Assembly (NCBI GenBank): GCA_002269645.1
Contig: NIVC01001097.1
Location: forward strand, 186,001-250,000
From: Macrostomum lignano
Taxonomy: Eukaryota
Reading direction: 5' to 3'
Length of the DNA stretch: 64,000 bases
Shown here: in pieces, positions 25,001 through 36,981 of the stretch
Layout: the number at the start of each line of letters is the position of its first letter
How positions within the stretch are numbered: position 1 is the stretch's first letter
Notes under the pieces: model-generated
Told to the model about the DNA's origin: nothing
Databases searched by the model: none
What the model saw: the letters and a program-made list of their open reading frames with translations, nothing else
Program-made: the position numbers and the translations under genes

Positions 25001-26777
25001 CTGGGGATCTGGGAGAGTGACATCTCAGACACTGGGGATCTGGGAGAGTGACATCCCAGACACTGGGGATCTGGGAGAGTGACATCTCAGACACTGGGGA
25101 TCTGGGAGAGTGACACCTCAGATACTGGGGATCTGGGAGTGGCATTCCAGCCACTGGGGATCTGGGAGGATAGCAGCCCAGAGTCTTCTCTCACCCGTCA
25201 TGCTGGTGCTCGCTGAGCCAGAGCGGTTTCTGCTGGTAACCAAAGGCGGAGCTCGCGGTTGTGGCGGGCGAGTCCGGGCCCATGCGGACAGACAGTGGCG
25301 CCTCCAGATCTGCTGGCGTCCTGCCCACCGCGTGGCTGGAATTCAAATAGGAGACAATAAATTAGCAGGTAAGGATTATACTGTTTTTGCAGCCTAACGC
25401 AAGCACCTCGGCCCGATAGCCTTGAGTCGCATGTTTTCTTAAAAAGCTTTCGCTTGCAATTTAAGAAGCTAGGCGTGGAGCTGACGACACAGCCACTACA
25501 AGCATCCAAGAGCTGCGTACAGCTAGTGCAGTACTGCCAATGTGGGGGCACTGGAGCTCAGCTAAATTGGTCACTTGCGTACAGTTAGTGCAGTACTGCC
25601 AATGTGGGGGCACTGGAGCTCAGCTAAATTGGTCACTTGCGTACAGTTAGTGCAGTACTGCCAATGTGGGGGAACTGGAGCTCAGCTAAATTGAACACTT
25701 GCGTACAGTTAGTGCAGTACTGGCAATGTGGGGGCACTGGAGCTCAGCTAAATTGGTCAATTGCGTACAGTTGGTGCAGTACTGCCAATTTGGGGGCACT
25801 GGAGCTCAGCTAAATTGGTCACTTGCGTACAGTTAGTGCAGTACTGCCAATGTGGGGGCACTGGAGCTCAGCTAAATTGGTCAATTGCGTACAGTTGGTG
25901 CAGTACTGCCAATGTGGGGGCACTGGAGCTCAGCTAAATTGGTCAATTGCGTACAGTTAGTGCAGTACTGGCAATGTGGGGGCACTGGAGCTCAGCTAAA
26001 TTGGTCAATTGCGTACAGTTAGTGCAATACTGCCAATTTGGGGGCACTGGAGCTCAGCTAAATTGGTCACTTGCGTACAGTTAGTGCAGTACTGCCAATG
26101 TGGGGGCACTGAAGCTCAGCTAAATTGGTCAATTGCGTACAGTTGGTGCAGTACTGCCAATGTGGGGGCACTGGAGCTCAGCTAAATTGGTCACTTGCGT
26201 ACAGTTAGTGCAGTACTGCCAATGTGGGGGCACTGAAGCTCAGCTAAATTGGTCAATTGCGTACAGTTGGTGCAGTACTGCCAATGTGGGGGCACTGGAG
26301 CTCAGCTAAATTGGTCAATTGCGTACAGTTAGTGCAGTACTGGCAATGTGGGGGGGGGCACTGAAAAGTGGGGTGCCACCAGAGAAAAGAAGTCTTACAC
26401 TGCCATGGCAAACTCGGAGCACTCGGAACTGCACTGAGGCGGACGTGGCGGTCGCGCGAGCTGCCGCTGGTGACGGTAGCTAGCTGGGTAGCAGATACGG
26501 GTATACCACCGTCAGAGGGACAGGAGGTGGGGGAAAACCGCAGACAGTCTAATCGCTGGGATCTGTCAATTGCGCGCTAAATGCTGCAATTTACAATCCC
26601 GTGGCAATTTGCACTACAGGAGATGCCAAGGCGATGTTTTGCTGTGTTTTTATTAAAAAGCGGAGTCAGAAGCAGGAGGCGCGAGAATGAGGGGAGGGGG
26701 GGGGCTCTATTATTCCACAGCTCTATTTTTCCATTCCAGCCAGGCAATTGTGGCCACTGTGAGTACACACCAGCCAT
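19066..26777 (-). CDS. FAM149: FAM149-family protein (DUF3719; FAM149A/B1, C. elegans xbx-4-like), about 698 aa
   Basis: Minus-strand exons 26771-26777, 26399-26483, 25195-25335, 22896-23202, 22252-22544, 19656-20848, 19066-19136; GT-AG and phase-consistent (2097 nt). Family motifs DDW..EYE...[35 protein letters not shown] and [17 protein letters not shown]. The three 5' exons and the last exon rest on splice/phase logic only. Confidence 0.75.
19195..19530. repeat. About 21-bp minisatellite (last FAM149 intron)
   Basis: Unit GTGTGCTGTCTGTCTGTCTCA. Confidence 0.93.
20863..21915. repeat. 24-bp minisatellite, about 43 copies (FAM149 intron)
   Basis: Unit GGGGCGGATTTGAATTGATTCTTA; source of the GGFELILR pseudo-ORFs. 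Confidence 0.97.
22560..22890. repeat. About 30-bp degenerate minisatellite (FAM149 intron)
   Basis: GGCGGTGCCCTAGGGTCAGTTGGGGTCAGT-like units filling the intron 22545-22895. Confidence 0.9.
23495..24195. repeat. 21-bp minisatellite, about 33 copies (FAM149 intron)
   Basis: Unit TTCTACCTGAGACTTTGATGT (MFLPETL pseudo-ORF). Confidence 0.97.
24444..24469 (+). mobile_element. Helitron-like 3' terminus (orphan)
   Basis: CCCAACGGGGGGCGCTGATTG-CTAG-T closely resembles the 3' end at 35878-35905 (CCCCCATCGGGGGGCGAAGATTG-CTAG-T); 5' end not found. Confidence 0.4.
24639..24652. promoter_or_regulatory. RFX X-box (intronic, FAM149)
   Basis: GTTTCTATGGCAAC matches RTHNYYWTRRNRAC and contains the strong ATGGCAAC half-site. 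Confidence 0.55.
24902..25170. repeat. 31-bp minisatellite, about 8 copies
   Basis: Unit CAGACACTGGGGATCTGGGAGAGTGACATCT. Confidence 0.93.
25515..26362. repeat. 62-bp minisatellite, about 13 copies (FAM149 intron)
   Basis: Unit TGCGTACAGTTAGTGCAGTACTGCCAATGTGGGGGCACTGGAGCTCAGCTAAATTGGTCACT. Confidence 0.95.
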
Positions 26778-27198
26778 GGCGAGGTGGGCGGACTGTACGC
26801 TGGCAGGTCAGAGGCTTCAAGACTGTCGGGGGGTAAGAAAGACACTGAGACCCCGCAGGCACTAGGCAACTGGGCTCTCACGCCATTTCTCCATCGACCT
26901 ACTCAGGCAGTCTCTATTTTCACTCGCTGCACACCGAAGGAGGCTCTTAAACCAGCTCGGCCTGTCAGAAAACTGTCAGCGAATGAGCGGGAGTGGATGA
27001 AGGAGACTGGGCTTGGCGCAAGGAGTTAATTTGAGTCCCAGCCGCACACAGGCAGCTGGCACTGGTCCGATTCGCTAGCAATAAAAGTTCAAAAGCAAAG
27101 GAAATAGAGTAGCAAGTGAAATGCTTGAAGCGCTACTATGGAGATGCAGTTTAAATCTAGGACCAACTCGGGACAAACGCAATTGTCAGTGCGAATCG

Positions 27199-27212
27199 GT
27201 AGCCATGGCAAC
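27199..27212. promoter_or_regulatory. RFX X-box upstream of FAM149
   Basis: GTAGCCATGGCAAC, 13/14 to the palindrome GTTGCCATGGCAAC, about 420 bp upstream of the predicted start codon. Confidence 0.65.
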
Positions 27213-27536
27213 AAATTCGATGTTAGAAACTAACAGAACTGCACAGGCTCCCTCGGGTCTGGCTAAACAGCTGAGCATAATCGGGGTTTAAGATAAAAAG
27301 CTGAGCTGTTTGACTAAGGAGCAGCAGGCAGCCTCAAAGCGCCGGCATCAGCGACAGGGGAGCCCGCAGCCTTGGCGGAGGCGGGGTGGGCCGTCGGCAA
27401 ACAGCAAACGGCAGCCAGTGTTGACACGGCTGGCCTATGGCCACTGCAGACTCGCACTGGGAGGGCGCTCAGCTATTGCTGGGTGGTCCAAGCTGGGCCT
27501 TGGGCTGCATCTTCTGCTGCGGCAGCTCGGAAACCC

Positions 27537-27953
27537 TGAGCATCTGAGGGAGTGACCGTGGGCAATGCAGAGCATCTGAGGAGTGACCGTGGGCAATGCA
27601 GAGCATCTGAGGGAGTGACCGTGGGCAATGCAGAGATCAGAGGAGTGACCGTGGGCAATGCAGAGCATCTGAGGGAGTGACCGTGGGCAATGCAGAGCAT
27701 CTGAGGGAGTGACCGTGGCCAATGCGGAGCATCTGAGGGAGTGACCGTGGGCAATGCAGAGCATCTGAGGGAGTGACCGTGGGCAATGCGGAGCATCTGA
27801 GGGAGTGATCGTGGGCAATGCAGAGACCTGAGGGAGTGACCGTGGGCAATGCAGAGATCAGAGGGAGTGACCGTGGGCAATGTAGAGATCTGAGGGAGTG
27901 ACCGTGGGCAATGCAGAGCATCTGAGGGAGTGACCGTGGGCAATGCAGAGCAT
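27537..27953. repeat. 32-bp minisatellite, about 13 copies
   Basis: Unit GAGCATCTGAGGGAGTGACCGTGGGCAATGCA. Confidence 0.95.
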
Positions 27954-28134
27954 GAAACTAGAAGCAAAGCAGCCCAATCAAAAGCCAATTTAGTGCAACG
28001 CCATCTTAAAAAGCCTAAAACTTGGCCCTTCCATACTATTTAGTAAGCTGCTACCCAGTTGAAATGAAACAAAGACAATCCAAGAGCGTCATTTCCAAGA
28101 GCCGCAGCTCGCGCCCAACAAAGCTTAACCAGCG

Positions 28135-28140
28135 TTTATT
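28135..28140 (-). terminator. Polyadenylation signal of RPS29
   Basis: AATAAA on the minus strand, about 77 nt after the RPS29 stop. Confidence 0.65.
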
Positions 28141-28216
28141 TCAATCTTCATTCATCAACGCAGACGGGCACAGTCAGTGACAGGCATTGCAGTATACAGC
28201 AGATGGGGCAGCTCGA

Positions 28217-28384
28217 TCAGTCCTTCTTGAACCCGATCGTCTCCGCGTATTGGCGGAAGCACTGGCGGCACACGCTGAGGCCGTACTTGCGGATGATGCC
28301 GTGCCTGTTGGAGCAGACGCGGCAGCAGCGGCTGCCAGGTCCGTACTTCTTGGGGTGAGCGTGCCAGATAGATGAGAACGGCAT
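28217..28384 (-). CDS. RPS29: 40S ribosomal protein S29 (uS14), 55 aa, intronless CDS
   Basis: Manual translation [55 protein letters not shown]; zinc ligands C21/C24/C39/C42 in canonical positions. Below the ORF-track length cutoff. Confidence 0.96.
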   Translation of the reverse strand: MPFSSIWHAHPKKYGPGSRCCRVCSNRHGIIRKYGLSVCRQCFRQYAETIGFKKD

Positions 28385-28435
28385 TGCCAGGGTTTGCTGG
28401 GCATGAGTGCATGTGCGATTCTCATTTTAATGCAT

Positions 28436-28449
28436 TTGTCACGTGACAA
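28436..28449. promoter_or_regulatory. Perfect 14-bp palindromic E-box (TTGTCACGTGACAA)
   Basis: GTCACGTGAC core (USF/MiT-TFE type) 52 bp upstream of the RPS29 ATG, at the edge of the AT-rich block. Confidence 0.45.
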
Positions 28450-29957
28450 GACAGTTCGGAGACACAGGGTAATGGTGTAATTAATGAGACATTTCAGAAG
28501 GGTAAAATGGCAACAGTTATTGTATTTATAGATAATTTAAGTTTCTTTAAATAACAGGTGCATTACTGCATTAGTGTAGAAAAATACTGAATTAATTCAC
28601 ATTTGGGATTCTAGTTTTTAATTAAGACCAAGGCTTTAAATATAGAAACATAGTCATGTTCTGCTTCTAATTATCATTCTAGTTTATTTGTTGGTAATTT
28701 AAAGTCTATTTTTTGGAAATGCATAGAAAGCACAAAGTGCTAACCCTCCATCCATAGGCATGGTGCAGTTCAAATAGGTGCCTAGCACAGTTGAGCTATG
28801 CATTATAATAGGAAGATCTAGCTAATATACATAGTTTCAATTATAGAAAAGTATACAGATACTAGTCTTTATTTTTTATGTAATAAGGATGATATTTAAT
28901 ATCCTAACTTTCCAAATTTCATATTGAAATTGGACCTTAGATGCAATTTTTCATCTTAGTGCTGGAAAAGCCCAGATACTAAGTTGTTTATAATATTTCT
29001 TTATCTTATAGTCAAAAAGGTGGCACAGTATATACTAGAATAAATTTCAAGGGACAAACTATGTATAATTAATATGCTATTTTAAGTATGAATCAAAGTA
29101 AAATATTAAAATTAAACTTTAAAAATCTCAAATAATTATAATTTACATGCTCTAAGAAACCCCTATGTTCTAGAATTTTCTATGACAAAGGCTACTTTTC
29201 TGACTATTGGTCTTATCTTTAGTTTGGCCATTGAACTAGCAATCTGGATTAACCCTACATTAATGTCCTATAAATATATTGGTTTGGACCCTGTGTCCCA
29301 CTTTTATTATTGGTACTATTAAACAAAAAACAAAGAAAAATCCTATATACTAAAAATGAGTTGTCTGTATGTATGTATGTATATGGGTATGCGATTGATT
29401 TCAGAAAAAACGGCTCAACCGATTTTCTTCAAACTTGCATCATTCGATCAGAAATTTTCCTGGCACAGTACATGCATCTTGGCTAAGAAATTGCTCAATG
29501 TTAAAGGGATTAAATATTCGAAAAACACGCTTTTTTGCAAAGGTCAAGCAAAATTTTCGACTTGAAATGCATTGTAAGAATGCTAGAGAAAAAACTGACT
29601 GACTGAATTTCAATTCTGATAAAGATTGCATCACAACAAGTTGAAAACAGTGCCGAAGAAATGCACACACGACTTGATTGAAATTGCGTAACCATATTGC
29701 TAACTCGAAGTGAGACTGATACTGGCTGACTGAGAAATTGATTATGTCATAACTTTTTACTCCAATTGACTTGCTGTAAGAATTGAATTATAAGGGCCAC
29801 AATTCATGTTCTCCAATTGAAAAGAGATAGCCCTGATGCGAACAGACTGGAATGCTAATGTAGCGACCTGGGTTCGAGTCTTAGAAGCGCAAAATAATTT
29901 TTTTATTAAAACACCTTAAAAACTAAAAAACTGCTAAACATAAAAAAAGCGCAATAG

Positions 29958-32900
29958 AAGAGCCACCATGTCAAACCTAAAGGAGCCACCATGTCGAACA
30001 TTAAAGAACCACCATGTCGAACATAAAAGAGCCACCATATCGAACATAAAAGAGTTACCATGTTAAAAATTAAAGAGCCACCATGTCGAACATAGAAGAG
30101 CCACCATGTCGAACATAGAAGAGCCACCATGTCAAACATTAAAGAGCCACCATATCAAACATAAAAGAGTTACCATGTCAAACATTAAAGAGCCACATTG
30201 TCAAGCATTAAAGACCCACCATTTCAAACCTAAAATAGTTACCATGTCAAACATTCAATAGCCACCATGTCAAACATTAAAGAGCCACCATGTCGAACAT
30301 AAAAGAGCCACCATATTAAACATAAAAGAGTTACCATGTCAAACATTAAAGAGCCACCATGTCGAACATTAAAGAGCCACCATGTCAAACATTAAAGAGC
30401 CACATTGTCAAGCATTAAAGACCCACCATTTCAAACCTAAAAGAGCCACCATGTCAAACATTAAAGAGCCACCATGTCGAACATTAAAGAGCCACCTTGT
30501 CAAATATTAAAGAGCCACCATTTCAAACCTAAAGAAGCCACCATGTCGAACATACAAGAGCCACCATGTCGAACATAGAAAAGCCACCATGTCAAACATT
30601 AAAGAGTCACCATGTCAAACATTAAAGAGCCACCGTTTCAAACCTAAAATAGCCACCATGTTAAAAATTAAAGAGCCACCATGTCAAACATAAAACAGAC
30701 ACCATTAAGAACATTAAAGAGCCACCATGTCAAATATAAAACAGTCACCATTTCGAAAATTAAGGAGCCACCATTTCAAAAATTTAAGAGCCGCTATGTT
30801 AAACATTAAAGGGCCACCTTGTCAAATATTAAAGAGCCACCATTTCAAACCTAAAAGAGCGACCCTGTCGAACATACAAGAGCCACCATGTCGAACATAA
30901 AAGAGCCACCATGTCGAACATACAAGAGCCACCATGTCGAACATAGAAAAGCCACCATGTCGAACATAGAAAAGCCACCATGTTAAACATTAAAGAGCCA
31001 ATATTTCAAACCTAAAGGAGCCACCATGTCGAACATAAAAGAGTCACCATGTTAAAAATTAAAGAGCCACCATGTCGAACATTAAAGAGCCACCATTTCA
31101 AACATTAAAGAGCCACCATGTCAAACATTAAAGAGCCACCGGTTCAAACCTAAAAGAGCCACCATGTCGAACATTAAAGAGCTACCATGTCAAACATAAA
31201 ACAGACACCATGTCAAACATTAAAGAGCCACCATGTCAAACATTAAAGAGCCACCGGTTCAAACCTAAAAGAGCCACCATGTCGAACATTAAAAAGCCAC
31301 CATGTCAAACATTAAAGAGCCACATTGTCAAACATTAAAAAGCCACCATTTCAAACCTAAAAGAGCCACCATGTCAAACATTAAAGAGCCACCATGTCAA
31401 ACATTAAAGAGCCACCTTGTCAAATATTAAAGAGCCACCATTTCAAACCTAAAGAAGCCACCATGTCGAACATACAAGAGCCACCATGTCGAACATTAAA
31501 GAGCCACCATATCAAACATAAAAGAGTTACCATGTCAAACATTAAAGAGCCACCATGTCAAACATTAAAGAGCCACCATGTCGAACATAAAAGAGCCACC
31601 ATATCAAACATAAAAGAGTTACCATGTCAAACATTAAAGAGCCACCATGTCGAACATTAAAGAGCCACCATGTCAAACATTAAAGAGCCACCTTGTCAAA
31701 TATTAAAGAGCCACCATGTCGAACATAAAAGAGCCACCATATCAAACATAAAAGAGTTACCATGTCAAACATTAAAGAGCCACATTGTCAAGCATTAAAG
31801 ACCCACCATTTCAAACCTAAAATAGTTACCATGTCAAACATTCAATAGCCACCATGTCAAACATTAAAGAGCCACCATGTCGAACATAAAAGAGCCACCA
31901 TATTAAACATAAAAGAGTTACCATGTCAAACATTAAAGAGCCACCATGTCGAACATTAAAGAGCCACCATGTCAAACATTAAAGAGCCACATTGTCAAGC
32001 ATTAAAGACCCACCATTTCAAACCTAAAAGAGCCACCATGTCAAACATTAAAGAGCCACCATGTCGAACATTAAAGAGCCACCTTGTCAAATATTAAAGA
32101 GCCACCATTTCAAACCTAAAGAAGCCACCATGTCGAACATACAAGAGCCACCATGTCGAACATAGAAAAGCCACCATGTCAAACATTAAAGAGTCACCAT
32201 GTCAAACATTAAAGAGCCACCGTTTCAAACCTAAAAGAGCCACCATGTTAAAAATTAAAGAGCCACCATGTCAAACATAAAACAGACACCATTAAGAACA
32301 TTAAAGAGCCACCATGTCAAATATAAAACAGCCACCATTTCGAAAATTAAGGAGCCACCATTTCAAAAATTTAAGAGCCGCTATGTTAAACATTAAAGGG
32401 CCACCTTGTCAAATATTAAAGAGCCACCATTTCAAACCTAAAAGAGCGACCCTGTCGAACATACAAGAGCCACCATGTCGAACATAAAAGAGCCACCATG
32501 TCGAACATACAAGAGCCACCATGTCGAACATAGAAAAGCCACCATGTCGAACATAGAAAAGCCACCATGTTAAACATTAAAGAGCCAATATTTCAAACCT
32601 AAAGGAGCCACCATGTCGAACATAAAAGAGTCACCATGTTAAAAATTAAAGAGCCACCATGTCGAACATTAAAGAGCCACCATTTCAAACATTAAAGAGC
32701 CACCATGTCAAACATTAAAGAGCCACCGGTTCAAACCTAAAAGAGCCACCATGTCGAACATTAAAGAGCCACCATGTCAAACATAAAACAGACACCATGT
32801 CAAACATTAAAGAGCCACCATGTCAAACATTAAAGAGCCACCGGTTCAAACCTAAAAGAGCCACCATGTCGAACATTAAAAAGCCACCATGTCAAACATT

Positions 32901-35088
32901 AAAGAGCCACATTGTCAAACATTAAAAAGCCACCATTTCAAACCTAAAAGAGCCACCATGTCAAACATTAAAGAGCCACCATGTCAAACATTAAAGAGCC
33001 ACCTTGTCAAATATTAAAGAGCCACCATTTCAAACCTAAAGAAGCCACCATGTCGAACATACAAGAGCCACCATGTCGAACATTAAAGAGCCACCATATC
33101 AAACATAAAAGAGTTACCATGTCAAACATTAAAGAGCCACCATGTCAAACATTAAAGAGCCACCATGTCGAACATAAAAGAGCCACCATATCAAACATAA
33201 AAGAGTTACCATGTCAAACATTAAAGAGCCACCATGTCGAACATTAAAGAGCCACCATGTCAAACATTAAAGAGCCACCTTGTCAAATATTAAAGAGCCA
33301 CCATTTCAAACCTAAAAGAGCCACCATGTCGAACATTAAAGAGCCACCTTGTCAAATATTAAAGAGCCACCATTTCAAACCTAAAGAAGCCACCATGTCG
33401 AACATACAAGAGCCACCATGTCGAACATAAAAGAGCCACCATATCAAACATAAAAGAGTTACCATGTTAAAAATTAAAGAGCCACCATGTCGAACATAAA
33501 AGAGCAACCATGTCAAACATAAAACAGACACCATTAAGAACATTAAAGAGCCACCATGTCGAACATTAAAGAGCCACCATGTCAAATATAAAACAGCCAC
33601 CATTTCGAAAATTTAAGAGCCGCCATGTTAAACATTAAAGGGCCACCTTGTCAAATATTAAAGAGCCACCATTTCAAACCTAAAAGAGCGACCCTGTCGA
33701 ACATACAAGAGCCACAATGTCGAACATAAAAGAGCAGCTATGTAGAACATAAAAGAGCCACCATGTCAAACATAAAAAAGCCACCATGTCAAACATAAAA
33801 GAGCCAACATGAAGAACATTAAAGAGCCACCATGTCGACCATTAAAAGAGCCACCATGTCGAACATACAAGAGCCACCATGTCGAACATAGAAAAGCCTC
33901 CATGTCGAACATAGAAAAGCCACCATGTTAAACATTAAAGAGCCAATATTTCAAACCTTAAGGAGCCACCATGTCGAACATAAAAGAGTCACCATGTTAA
34001 AAATTAAAGAGCCACCATGTCGAACATTAAAGAGCCACCATGTCGAACATTAAAGAGCCACCATGTCAAACATAAAACAGACACCATGTCAAACATTAAA
34101 GAGCCACCGGTTCAAACCTAAAAGAGCCACCATGTCGAACATTAAAGAGCCACCTTGTCAAATATTAAAGAGCCACCATTTCAAACCTAAAGGAGCCACC
34201 ATGTCGAACATTAAAAAGCCACCATGTCGAACATTAAAAAGCCAACATGTCAAACATTAAAGAGCCACCATGTCAAACCTAAAAAAGCCACCATGTCAAA
34301 CATAGAAGAGCCACCATGTCAAACATAATAGAGCCACCATGTCAAACATTAAAGAGCCACCATGTCAAACATAGAAGAGCCACTATGTCAAACATAAAAG
34401 AGCCACCATGTCGAACATAAAAGAGTCACCATGTTAAAAATTAAAGAGCCACCATGTCGAACATTAAAGAGCCACCATGTCGAACATTAAAGAGCCACCA
34501 TGTCGAACATTAAAGAGCCACCATATCAAACATAAAAGAGTTACCATGTCAAACATTAAAGAGCCACCATGTCGAACATTAAAGAGCCACCATATCAAAC
34601 ATAAAACAGACACCATGTCAAACATTAAAGAGCCACCATGTCGAACATTAAAGAGCCACCATGTCAAACATAAAACAGCCACCATTTCGAAAATTAAGGA
34701 GCCACCATTTCGAAAATTAAAGAGCCGCCATGTTAACCATTAAAGGGCCACCATGTCAAACATTAAAGAGCCACCATGTCGAACATAAAAGAGCCACCAT
34801 GTCGAACATTAAAGAGCCACCATGTCAAACATTAAAGAGCCACCGGTTCAAACCTAAAAGAGCCACCATGTCGAACATTAAAAAGCCACCGTGTCGAACA
34901 TAAAAAAGTCAACATGTCAAACATAAAAGAGCCACCATGTCAAACCTAAAAAAGCCACCATGTCAAACATAGAAGAGCCACCATGTCGAACATAAAAGAG
35001 CCACTATGTCAAACATAAAAGAGCCACCATGTCAAACATAGAAGAGCCACTATGTCAAACATAAAAGAGCCACCATGTCAAACATTCA
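29958..35088. repeat. 23-bp satellite, about 220 monomers, with a 1587-bp (69-mer) higher-order duplication
   Basis: Monomer GAGCCACCATGTCRAACATWAAA; diagnostic variants recur at +1587 (30144/31731; identical ORFs at 31394 and 32981). Confidence 0.97.
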
Positions 35089-35189
35089 AGATATCCAATT
35101 TCAAATGTAAAGGTATAAAGCGCCATGCCAATTTAAAGGAGCCACTATAAAGCTAAGGAAATTGTCGCTCTAGCTACTTATTGTCTGGT

Positions 35190-35755
35190 GGATGGTTGCT
35201 ATTTGGGGATGCTATCTATCTTGGGGATGCTTGCTATTTGGAGGATGCTTGCTTTCTGGGGATGCTTGCTATCTGGGGAATGCTTGCTATCTGGGGAATG
35301 CTTGCTATCTGGGGGATGCTTGCTATCTGGGGGATGTTTGCTATCTGGGGATGCTTGCTATCTGGTGGATGCTTGCTATCTGAGGGATGCTTGCTATCTG
35401 AGTGATGCTTGCTATCTGGGGGATGCTTGCTATCTGGGGTATGCTTGCTATCTGAGGGATGCTTGCTATCTTGGGGTATGCTTGCTATCTGAGGGATGCT
35501 TGCTATCTTGGGGATGCTTGCTATCTGGGGGATGCTTGCTATCTGCGGAATGCTTGCTATCTGGGGAATGCTTGCTATCTGGGGGATGTTTGCTATCTGG
35601 GGGATGCTTGCTATCTGGAGGATGCTTGCTATCTGGGGGATGCTTGCTATCTGGAGGATGCTTGCTATCTTGGGGATGCTTGCTATCTGGGAAATGCTTG
35701 CTATCTGGGAGAATGCTTGCTATCTGGAGGATGCTTGCTATCTGGGGGATGCTTG
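35190..35755. repeat. 17-18-bp minisatellite, about 32 copies (inside the Helitron)
   Basis: Unit GGGGGATGCTTGCTATCT. Confidence 0.95.
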
Positions 35756-36981
35756 TGGTCTTGGGAAGATTTCTTATTGCAATTCACTTCATTTGAGCAG
35801 TTTGTCTGTTGTCTTTGTGAAGGATTTTTTGGCTGTCTTTTTGTTAATTGTAGAGAACAGAGATTCTATCCAGATGTCCCCCATCGGGGGGCGAAGATTG
35901 CTAGTTTAATAAACTATATATAGATTTTCTCTTATAGTTAACACTATTATAAATATTGTAAATAAATTGATGTTTAAAATGAAAGCATTTAACCTTAAAA
36001 GAGAGTTATTTAATCTAAGATATCAAATCCTTTTTGAGCTTTGGCTTAAATCATCTAAGCAATACATCTAAGCCATAGCATTTTAGCAATACCTATATGA
36101 ACCTTGACATCTTTGCAATTCTTTTTGAGCTATAGAATTTTAGCAATTTCCCTATGAGCCTTGACCTCTTAGCAATTTCCCTTATAAACATTAATATTTT
36201 ATGGTTGGAAGAGCAATTTTATTGTTTTTGAAAATTTCATCAAAAAATCCAAGTACTTAGAAAAGTTTGTCAACCAAGCTAATAAAAATAATTGATAGTA
36301 GTTTTATTTATATTTACTATATTTGGTCTGTCATTTTTTGTCTAATGATATTTATATAAAGCTGTTATATCTGCCAATTAGGTCATTCTGTTAGCTATTC
36401 AATGTTTAAGCCTATAATATACATGAGGTTATAGCACTCAGAACTCTAAATAGTTCTAGTCTTAATGGGAGCTTTTGCAATGATGATTTATTTTAGATTT
36501 AGATATTTTATAGTAAAGCATGTACAATAATATATATGCATACTTTACTATATACTACTAATATATATACAAGGCCAACTATTCCATTGGAAAAGAAGGG
36601 GTTGAAACTCCCATCACCAGAATTCCATTCCTTGAAATCTATCAGCTGAATCTCATGATTGGAATTCTATCTTCCAAATTGTCTCTGCAAAATAGAAATC
36701 CTCTCTGTGAAATGGAACTTCATCAAATTCTCTTCATGAAACTGAATTCTATCAAAATTCCCTTTGTTAAATGGCATCTAACAGTATCATCTCTGCCAAT
36801 CAATACTAATAAATTGAAATTAAAATCACTGGTTAGGGTTAGTGTTAGAGATATACAGAGCTGCCTGTTAAAAAGCACCAATACTAAAAAAATTGAACCA
36901 ATAAACCAATATCAGTCAAACAGTATCAGTCTCAGTTAAAGGTAACAAAATGGTTATGCAATCTAAGTCAACCTTCCAATA

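Larger units (their letters stand above)
29341..35904 (+). mobile_element. Non-autonomous Helitron (about 6.56 kb) carrying two satellite arrays
   Basis: Inserted between A and T; 5' TC(CTATATACTAAAAATGAGTTGTCTGTATGTATG...AAAACGGCTCAACCGATTTTC), typical of non-autonomous Helitron 5' ends; 3' hairpin CCCCC-ATC-GGGGG (35878-35890) followed 10 nt later by CTAG (35901-35904). Confidence 0.8.

Noticed and set aside
27469-27535. Exon-like segment on the minus strand (CTCAG|G VSELPQQKMQPKAQLGPPSNS*)
   Set aside because: No convincing upstream donor or parent gene found; cannot be assigned.
26822-28217. RPS29-FAM149 operon hypothesis
   Set aside because: Same strand and close, but the gap has its own X-box and there is no SL evidence; an independent promoter is simpler.
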